A stretch of DNA of 46,005 bases from Klebsormidium nitens. Lineage: Eukaryota > Plantae > Klebsormidiophyceae. A program made the translations under genes and the position numbers. This document shows, piece after piece, positions 34,401-43,913 of this stretch. The DNA is taken from contig DF237608.1 of NCBI GenBank assembly GCA_000708835.1, positions 1-46,005 on the forward strand, written 5' to 3'. Every line of letters starts with the position of its first letter. Position 1 is the stretch's first letter. A model generated the notes under the pieces. That model was not told the DNA's origin. It ran no database searches and was given only the letters and a program-made list of their open reading frames with translations.

Positions 34401-37400
34401 GAGCGGGAGGCGCGGATGGCCAATCTGGAGGTGGCGCTCAGCACGGTGAGGGTGCCGTCGTTCAGAGAAACAACTGAGCGGCGATGGTGTTTCAAAGAGG
34501 GCCAGTGCTTTTAAAAACAACGGATTAAGATGCACCCCGTCGTGACCGCACAGGCTTCAGCGAAGAAGGTGGTTTGAGGTGCAAAGCTGGACAGAGCGAC
34601 GGACGGTCGCCGAGCCAGACAAAAAAGAGTGGAGATGCTAACACTGACTCATCAGCTTCATTCAGGAACCCGTTTTTGGCTCTGTTGTCCTGTCTTAGGT
34701 CCGCGCTGTCTTTGATCCGACATGACCTCTCTCAACGCTTGATTTTCTGATTGAGACTCCCCCAAGGCTCACCGTTTTGAATCTCGAGACGGACAGTTTA
34801 TCTGGTATCCCAAGACCCAGGCGCTAGCTGGCATGAGGGGCGAACCGAAATCTACTCGATCGTAAGTTGGTCAGATGCTCGTGGACAAGAGCAGCTTTCT
34901 GCAACCACACGGGTGATAAGGCCTATACACTACAGGTTTTGTCGCTTGTACTCCCCACCCCGAACGCACTTGATTGCGGCTTTATCATGTTGCAAATCCC
35001 CATCAGAGCTCGCTTTTCGCACCTGCAGATCGACAACAACCCGGGCCTGGTGCGACTGCCCCTCACCTCCTTTCTGGAGAAGACGGCGATGGTGTGCATA
35101 GGGACAATCAACACCGTCCTGGGGCGGCCCTGCATTCCCAACTACGCCAGCCTGTACCCGGACATGTTCCAGGTCGTGTGGCAGCACCGAGGCGGCATTG
35201 CGGGCTACACCCCCAAGAACATCAGGTCAAAACGCATTGACACGACTCTTTTCTCCAGCGAGCAGCTCATGCTGATGTCTTCCTCCCTCCGTTATCGGTT
35301 TTGGACGGAACGGGATTGGAGTGATGGGGAATGGAACGAGAAATTCTTGGGGATCGGCGCGATTGTGAGCGTTTCCCCGATTACAATGTGCTTGAGAAGC
35401 GTTTCTGCTTGGTTCCACCTGCTCTTGGAACGCCTAACCCTCTCCCAACATCAAAATGAAGTGATTACCGAGACCGCTTGAGATGGACCGACTGAGTAGC
35501 CTATATTTGATATCTTCGTTCAAGTTGTGACTTTCCTCCGTGTTTTTCCCAGGTCCCTTCCCGGAAAAGAGCGTCTCCGGGGGGTCATTTTCCTGGGGGA
35601 GCACTACCGGCCGATGCCCCCCAAGGACAAGATCGCGTCGGACTGCCCCCTCTGGAGACGCTGACGAAGGGAGTCGACGAGTTCACGCGCCGGAACGTGG
35701 AGGAACTTCTGGAGTACTTTGCGCAGTTCGACAGCAGCGTCAACTTCGACGAACTAGACCGGGAGGAGGACGGTGTCAAGTACTTCAAGAAGGCGACCAT
35801 CACTATGGATGGGTGGGCCTCGAACTTTCCTCTCTGTGCTCTCTTAACTATTCTTTCATCTTTCTTCACCTGCATTATTCTCTGTTGCTTTTCTTGCCCT
35901 TGAGCTTTCGTGAGTTGTTCCGTGCAAAGTACGAGCACCAGGAGACATTTCCGACTTGAAGGCTTGCATAGTTGGCACAAGTTCAGCGAGGCATGTCCTG
36001 TATCCATCAGCTTTGACGTTGAGTCGATTGTCCTCTAAGTCCACTATTTCATCAGGCCCTGCAACCGAGAACCGTGAGTCTCACACACCCACTTTACTGC
36101 GGGTTTACTGCGGGTTTCGTGAAGGGTAATTGAAAGTCTTGGGCAATTGAAACGCTTGGGAGATCGAACGGGCGCTCCGCCAGAAAGCAGAGTCCTTACA
36201 ATCGATCAGTGAGTTTTGTTTCCCCTAGTCGAGAGGCACTTGGTGCAAGGTCCACTCCGCTGTAAGTTTCGTTTCGCATCGAGCATTGCAAAACGCGTTG
36301 GTTTTTGCAGGTCCACTTCGGAGGTCCGGCTGAACGCCATTCTCCGCAGCTCCCGCTGCAATGAGAACATGGTGAGCCCCTTGAGGAAAACTTGGAACAC
36401 ATTCATCAACATTCATATTCAGATACACTTCACATGAAGCTTTGCAAAGCGTTTCGGTGTGCGCAGGTCCACTTCGGAGGTCCGCCTGAACGCCATTCTC
36501 CGTAGCTCGGGCCGCGACGGCAACATGGTGAGCCTGCGCGCGCTGCGTGAGGACGCTGCGGGGGAGCGTTCGGCGCAGGTGTCGCTGCTGACATGTCGTG
36601 GCGTGCGGGACGAGGTGGATGACATCAGCGTTGAGTGGCTGATGAAGAGCCAGGTCGTGAAGAAGAAGGCGGCGGAGACGTACCGCAAGACGCTGCCCTC
36701 AGAGGCCACGGTGCGTGCTTTAGTTCACTTAACTTTTCTTTCTCCTTAGTCAATCCGCTTGCTTTTACCCATGCCTGTCTGGGCGCTCTTCCGCTTGATT
36801 TGTTGATTTGCTGTGTGCCCCTTGGCTGGTGCCTACATTGTGGTTAAGCGACTGTCAGAGCCGCCGAGTCTCGCCTGCATCGGTCGAAGTTACAATGATG
36901 GACGTCGTAGGGGAGTAATCGGCGTGAGGTCTTTCAAAGATAATCACTGCTTTATGAGGCTCCACTTTGGAACAGAAGGAAAGTCCCAGAACTTGAGTTC
37001 TTGGACCTTGACCCTTAGGATATCCGTGTTTACAGAATTTTTAAACAGTTTTGTTGATCCCTGAAATCTGAACCAACTAAGACCGCGAAGAGTGATCGAA
37101 CAGCTGAGTATCCGTTCTGCAGTGCGAGGTCGACAGCAAGCCTGCGGGTCCCAAGGGCAACGTCCGGCTGCGCCTCGGCCTCAAGAGCGCGCACCCGGAA
37201 CGAATCCACCTTCCCGCCAACATCACCGCCACCGTTCTCTGCAATGGGAAGATCGTCGATCACGTCACATTTGAGAACGAGACCGAGAGCCTGCACGCAC
37301 AAGTGCCGGCACGCGCGGGCCCGGCCCAGTTCACACTGCAAATCAATGGCTGGGACATCAAGACGAATCCGCGGTGTGAAAAAGCCCGGGTTCAGGTGCC

Positions 37401-40400
37401 CCCCGGCCCAGCAGAGAAGCCGGTGCTGAGAGTGGAGGCGGAGAAGCGGGTTAGGAGCGGGGAGCCGATAACCCTGAAGGTTAGCTTCAAGGACGACACT
37501 GGGGAGGACCAGGCGAAGCTTCCCAGGGGGGTCGAAGTGACGGCGGTTGTGAAGGGGAAGAAGTCGACTCGAGGTGGGGAGGACCCCCCCGAAGTGGAAG
37601 TGGGGGGCGTGAAGATTGACCAAAAGGATCGGAGGACGGCGGTGGTTACGGGGACGTTGAAAGGTCCGGCGCAGACCGTGACGCTGTTGGTCGACATCAA
37701 ATGGAAGGGCGAGAAGGAGGACGGGAAGGAACGGGTTAAGGTGACCCTGGAGTTAACCCCGGGGCGGCCAACCGGGTTAACGGTGCTGGCGCCCGAGGAC
37801 CTGGTGGTGGAGAACGGGGGGGAGCTCGGGGGGTTGGTTTTCGGGTTATCGGACGGGTTCAACCAGCTGGAAGACGCCGCCGAGGTCACGCTGACGTCGG
37901 ATGACGTCAGCTTCGAGGGCCAGGCACGGAGGAAGGTCCGGCGGGGGGGGAGCGTGCGGGTCAGTTGCCTAGAGGGGCGGGGGGAGGAAACGGGGGAGGG
38001 AATCCGGGAGTGCAAAGCGACGGCGGTTTACAAGGAGAAGGGGAAGAACGGGCAGGAGTTGAGCGTGGATTTCGTTCTGAGGGTGCTTCCTGGAAAGGTG
38101 CCGAAAACGCTAGGGTTTGAGATACCAGAGGAGGGGGGTAAGGTTTCGAGAGTCTCAAGCGGGGGGCGAGTCTTCGCTGAGGGAGATTTGAAGGCGTTTG
38201 TGTTGGGAGAGACGGGAGAACGGGTGCCGATGAAAACGCCGGATGCTTTCAGCGTCCGGTGGAAGCACCTCGGGCGCAGGGGGGCCTCTTCCGGGCAGAA
38301 TCCACCCCCCCCGGTGAAAGCGGCGCGGTTTTCTAACGACGACGCCATCCAGGCGGTGTTCCCGGAGGTTATGGCGCCGGCGGCGATCGGGCAGTACGAG
38401 CTGCTATTGGAGGTGGACGATAAACTATCGGAGCCGCCGCTGCAGATGTGCGAGACGGTGGCGCCGCACATGGCGGTGGTTGCGGGGCCTCCGGCGAAGA
38501 TCATAACGCATGGGGGCCCGAAGAAGAACCAGCAGTTCGACGCGACGAGATGCATGCTTATCAACAGCGTGACGATCTCCGTAGGTGAGGAGTCTGGTCA
38601 AGTTTCTACGTTTCTTTTGGTATACACGGACTTTACGACGGCTGATGAATACTAGACCTTCTGCAAGCCCTCCGGACCTTTGCGAAATGAAAGACCACCG
38701 GAACGCAGCAGTTCGGTTGCCACAAGGACTCGAAGCGCGCAGCATCCTCGATGATGTCGAGCGAGGTCGGCTGTTTGACCCTCGTTGAGACTCCTGCCTG
38801 AATCTGAGAAGAAGGACGGAGCAGGCTGACCTTGCTGACTTTGCTCAGGGTACAAGATGCCATGCGAGCCCAGGAGCGCAGAATCGTAGCGACACGGGAG
38901 TTTCACCTGAATACAATGAATTTGGATTCAGTGTGAACATTTCGAAGGTGTTTGAGATCCGAGGGTGAAAAAGTAAAATCAACGACATTTATATGGGTAG
39001 CGTCAGACTGCTGAAAACGGGCAAAAAAAAGCCATAACCGCCTTTTGTGTAGAATATGGGAGATTCCAGACGGCTGGGTGAATCTTCGAATTCAAATATA
39101 TACAAAAATAGGGGGTGAATTACCTGTCGCTACGGTGTTACGAGCAGTTTGCTGTTCCAGGCACGGTTGTAGCCCTTCCTCCTTGTCAAAGCGGCGCGGA
39201 ACGTTCACCCAAGTCACCATACAAGATTTACTGGCTAAGAACCGAGTCTTCGGGAGCTTCGTTGGTACCATTTGTTGCATTTCGGCCTTCAAAATGACCA
39301 ATACAGAGTGCCGCTTCGGTTTGCAGCTCCACCAGTGTCTGTCTCTTGAAAGGGTATCTCGACGTCTCCGCTGAGACTGTTTGGAGTGACAGCCCATGAA
39401 GAAAGGAGATCGGACATAATGCACAAAAGAGAATGCTCCAGAATAGATGCGGGAAATACTCGATTCTTGAAGATTGCTTGACACCGCTCTTGTTCTTTGC
39501 CTTTAGTCGACGCCGCCGGAAACAAGTGTGAAGAACTAGAGTCGGAGATTCCGCTCCGCCTCACCTTGACGCCTGGCGCCAAAAACCCGGACGCAAAACC
39601 GCCCACTTTGGAGCTCCTCCCGAGGGATCCCTCTAGTAAGGATTCTGGTGCCAATCCGCGGGATCTGAACGACCTCCGCATGACGCCGTTTGAAGACCGG
39701 TTGAACCTGCACAATAAGGTTAAGCTTAACCAGGACGGGTCAACCGGGTTCTTCGACTGGCGGGTGGAAGCGGACAGGCTCGAGGCGTTCTCGTCGCCAA
39801 TCTACTACATCAACGACTCCGAGCTGGTAAGAGGGAGCTCCCTTTTCTTGCTTTTATGCTGGATCGTCAGTGGCCAACTTCGATAGAATAGAAGCAACGA
39901 AGGATGGACACTGTCGAAGTAGCAATTTGCCCTTCCTTTTCAATGAGAGAATAAGAGCAATTCTTTCCAATCACTATCGTTGTCTGAGCCAGGACTTGGA
40001 ACGCAACATGTTGCTTTTGCTTGCGATCATGTACGCAACACTGAGAAGCCGTCCCAGCCGTCTGAGTTGGTCATAAAACCTCGATCCGAAACAGCCGAGT
40101 TGGTCACAACGCCTCGAAAGAACTCTGCTGAATTGGTCATAGAACCTCGAAATAGAACTCGAAGGTCCGGTTTCACTTACCAGGCAGCCACCACTGAAGA
40201 CGAGCAGTCGATATAATGGCAAACTGCGTGCTCTTTTCAGTTCCACCGTTTTTCAAGAAGGATGTTCATTTTTTGTCGAGGTCTCAAAACCCGGGCCCTA
40301 CTCAGGTCCTAAAGACCTAAGGTAGTTTTGTCCTTCCCTCAGCTGCTTTCGAGGAACTGAAGCCGTTTCAGACAGGTGCGAGCTCTTCAGGCAATACCTA

Positions 40401-43400
40401 ACGTGCGCCGACGTTTGACCAACGCAGAGGTCGAAGAGAACATCCCTGAAAGCACCAGTCGGTCACAGTGTCTGTATAGGTTGGGTCCCGTTTCCGAGGC
40501 GCCCAGGAACTTCTAGGTTTTTTGACGGTGGCACCCCTTTTTATAGGGGAACCGAGTCTTAAGAAGGTTTAAAACCCGAGAGTTTGATGCTCTCCGTTTC
40601 CTCCTCGGCATGGTGCTCCACAGAAAGGCAGACAAGTTGATGAGCGCCTTTCTTAAGGAGGTCTAAGAACCCGGGCTTTCCAATCTTCCAAACCTCTAAA
40701 ACCCCTGAAGTCTCCCCTCCCAACAGTCGGCCGCCGCTGAGGAGGAGCGCGCTCTACAAACCAAGCTGCGCGCCATTCTTGCTTCTGTCCAGATTCAAGG
40801 GTCTGGGTAATTCCAAACCCTCAACTTTCGGCCCGAAACCTTTTCACCTTCAGAACCCCCCTAACCCTTGGCCCTAACCCCTACGATTCCCTCAAACCAG
40901 TCGGCTGCCGCTGAGGAGGAGCGCGCTCTCCAGGCCAAGGTGCGCGCCGTGTCTGAGCGCGCGGCCGAGATCGAGCACGAGCTGCAGGAGGTGCGGAAAG
41001 AGGATGGAGAGCGGGTGGCCAGGATTACCATGCTCCGGGCGCACTTGCGAGAGCGCGAAGTTGAGGTGCGCTCCAATCAGCCGATTGAAAAGGACCATTT
41101 GGTTGAGTCCTTTGAGGGAGAAACCACTTTTCTCTATGCGAGAGTGCCTTCCGCTATCTCTGCAGTTTTCGCTCTGTCTTTCTTTCTCGTTTCTGTGCAA
41201 AGAAGGCCAGTTCCATGTATCGTCTGGCAGTGGGGTTGTTCGTTTAGCTCTTTGATGTCTGCTATTTCTTCTCGCATTTTCCCCTGCTTGGTTCCCTCTT
41301 GGGTGGCTGTTGGAGCAGCTGCACAAAACAAGGTCGAAGTACGCGTGTCTTTTCCGCATGGTACTCCGTCAATGACCTCTCTTTTCTTCTTTTCGTCTCT
41401 TTGTTTATGTATTCTTTTCTTTCTCCCCTGATTTTCTCCGTCTTCTCATTGTCACGTCGCCTTTGTGTGCCTCTTTTGGATATGCGTCTCTTTCAGTATT
41501 CTTTTCCCTGGCCCGTTTCCGACCTCCTGCATCTTTGCACCCTTGATTGGCTTGGAGCTTTGTGGGGCTGCTTTCACTTGGCGTACGGAGATTCCATAAC
41601 TGTACCAGAGCGGCTCCTGACAACCTACTGTACGCGCAGGTAGAGTCAGCCGAACAGGCTTTCACGCAGTACGGCCAACGATTCCAAGCCCACTTCTCCC
41701 CACTTCTCCCTGCGGACGTCCCCCTCACTCCGGACAACCTCGATGCCGTCCGGTTCCGGATCGACGAACGGATTGCCGAGGAGCAGAGCGCCCTACAGGG
41801 GCCCCAGCTGGGCGATGACGTCAGCAACGGTCCGCAGACGTCCCTCGTGCGGCGGGTCCGGGCGCTCAAGCGCCATCTCGGACCGTACGGGGTTGTCGGG
41901 GTTCTGGGCGATTTGGCGCAAGCCGACGAGCCGCGCGTCTGCCGGGCGTTGGCGTCGCTCGTTTTCGGCCCCCAGAAGCTCTGCTGGCTGGTCGTCAGGA
42001 ATCAAGAAGCGAAAGACGCGTGCATAAAGTTCTTGAAGGGCCGGAATGATCGGTATGGGGACATCCCGTTCATGCGGTTTGACGGGTTTGCGCGGCCGCA
42101 CAACCCGGGGCCGAACCCGCGCTTCGACGGGTGCATCGGTTACGCGGCTAACCTGGTGCGGTTACCGAGTGACATCCCCCCCGAAACGAAAAAGGACCTC
42201 GAGGCGGTAGTTCGCAACGCGTGCCGAGATACGCTGCTGTTCGAGACCGGGGCGGCTGCGCTGGAGTACAAGGCGTTCATTCTGGGGAGGGGCAGAACTG
42301 GGGGGATCCCTCGGATGGTTTCGTTAGATGGGTGCCGGTTAGAGTCGAATGGGGTGGAGTTTGAGGGAGGGGGTGAGGACGTGAGGATGAATTACAGCCT
42401 GGCGCAATGTCATTCGGAGGGCCTGGAGACACTGAGCCAAGCGCGGCGGGCGTTGTCGGAACTGAGAGTAAGCGGTGACCTGCTAGACATCTTCTTTTAC
42501 CTTCTCAACGATTGCTCTTATTTTTCGGTCCTTTATGAACCCCCCATCACAGAATGGGAGAGAGGCGAATCTTCATTCAGTGACTAATGGCCACTCTGTT
42601 CGTCAATGCTTTGCATAACGTGGTCTAAAGAGCCCCAGTGATTCTTTGATCTCTACCAAAAACTGTCATACTCGCCTGGAAATACCTCTATCTTGGCACT
42701 GTCTTCTTGCGAACATCTCACTGCGTAGACAATGCCTACAGCACGTCTTTTCCACGAAAGCTCCTTTACGTTGCGTCTCGAGGCGCAACAGCCCCAGCAC
42801 GCCACCTCCCCATCATCTTGTTACCCACTTTCTCACCCACCATGCAACCCAGCACTTGCCCACTTTTAACCCACCTTCAATCCATCTATGAACCCACTTG
42901 TTAACCCCCTACAACCCACTTCTGAACCTCCGTTAACCCACCCTTCAACAGGAGCTTCAAGAGCGGTTCGGCCGTGCGCTGGCCACCCAGCAGGCTTGGA
43001 ACGCCCCGGGAGGCGAGGCGGAGCGGATTCACACCGAGATTTCGACGCTGGAACACGAGAGAGTTGGGCCCCGGGCACAAGTGGCAACACTGTCGGAACA
43101 GCTGAAGGTGAGAACAGAGTTTGACGCTGCCGGCCCCAGTGCGCGATTGAGTTACCAAGTTCTTAGTGGGCACTTTTGCAGTAGGTCCCCTAAAACCCCA
43201 AAACGCTTCACCCCTCCAACCCTTGCTTGCGCTCGGGCCGCATTGGAGTCGCATAGTGTCAACATTCGTTCGAGATTGCATTAACGTAGTTGCCTGAGAA
43301 TGCACTACCAAGATCCTCGAAAAGGTCGCTGTGAGGATCTCAAGCCGGATTTGGGTTTGACTTGCCCTTCTTGTTACTGTCCCATCGTTTGCCCACGCTC

Positions 43401-43913
43401 ATCGGATCGAATTCGTCTGCGCTAAGACTGTTGCTTCTTTCAAATGTAGAGGAGACTGCCTAGAAGCGTTCGGTTGCACGCCTCTTCTGTTTCCGTCGCT
43501 CTGGTTTTGACAGCCGCAATCGTTTGTGGCGACCAAGGAAGCCAAGGTGTCGCTTTTCACTGTCGCCTTTGACTTTTGGTGTTGATCGGTTGTAGATCGA
43601 TGCATAGGGGCCGTTCCACTGGTCGTCAAAAAGCGGCCCTACGTGGTGGCAAGCCTCCATTCAAAGGCAACGGTCTGCAGCGGATGTCACTTGTGGCTTT
43701 ATAGAAAGCACCCGTAAATATAATCCAACTTCTAGGATGCGTGTCGATATACATCTTTGTTCGCCTTTTTGCTGCCAGGGACTTAGCGAGGAACAGGCGA
43801 GCATCTACGTCGATCTGAAGCGGGTGCAAGCCTCGATGCAAAAGACGCCGGTCAATCCGCCAACGCCCACCAAAAAGACGTCAGCTACAAAGCGGGGCGG
43901 TCGTAGAAGCTAG
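31488..43913 (+). CDS. GMI1/SMCHD1: GMI1/SMCHD1-like GHKL ATPase + SMC hinge protein, about 1710 aa if repaired; join(31488..32026,32692..32894,33307..33547,34064..34445,35029..35225,35553..35812,36467..36710,37123..38584,39507..39826,40901..41065,41640..42467,42952..43107,43779..43913); apparent 1-nt deletion at 35646-35650
   Basis: The N-terminus is disordered. GHKL motifs: EYADNSIAA (N-box), DDGPGM (G1), SGQYGYG (G2) and HGTHIVL. Next come FQVVW..RLRGVIF..PMPPKDKIAS, a long beta-rich linker with V.D..GN units, and a coiled coil. The SMC hinge reads GVVGVLGDLA..RALASL..LVVRNQE..GCIGYAANLV..DTLLFETGAAALEYK..RMVSLDG..LESNG. A second coiled coil and basic tail follow. All junctions are GT-AG and phase-consistent, but the exon sum is 5132 nt (3n+2). 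Extra small exons cannot be excluded. Confidence 0.82.
36282..36534 (+). repeat. 156-bp-offset duplication of a 3' splice site plus about 68 nt of exon start (GMI1-like exon 7)
   Basis: 36282-36378 vs 36438-36534. TTTTTGCAG|GTCCACTTCGGAGGTCCGGCTGAACGCCATTCTCCG vs GTGCGCAG|GTCCACTTCGGAGGTCCGCCTGAACGCCATTCTCCG; both end AACATGGTGAGCC. Confidence 0.92.
40658..40948 (+). repeat. 174-bp-offset duplication of a 3' splice site plus 48 nt of exon start (GMI1-like exon 10); possible older third copy at about 40278-40410
   Basis: CAG|TCGGCCGCCGCTGAGGAGGAGCGCGCTCTACAAACCAAGCTGCGCGCC (40727) vs CAG|TCGGCTGCCGCTGAGGAGGAGCGCGCTCTCCAGGCCAAGGTGCGCGCC (40901). GAGGTCT...AACCCGGGC occurs at 40278 and 40658, 64 and 68 nt before an AG respectively. 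Confidence 0.88.
42823..42945 (+). repeat. Degenerate (A)ACCCAC(TT) motif array just upstream of a 3' splice site
   Basis: About 9 ACCCAC-like words in about 120 bp ending just before the acceptor at 42951. Confidence 0.6.

Noticed and set aside
35640-35660. Programmed -1 ribosomal frameshift explaining the GMI1-like lesion
   Set aside because: No X XXY YYZ heptamer in frame (C CCC CTC), and a C5 run is too short for transcriptional slippage. Assembly error or mutation is simpler.
38585-38788. ORF ..DHRNAAVRLPQGLEARSILDDVER as a GMI1-like exon
   Set aside because: No good acceptor in the required phase. Skipping it gives VTISV-VDAAGNKC, a clean V.D..GN motif.
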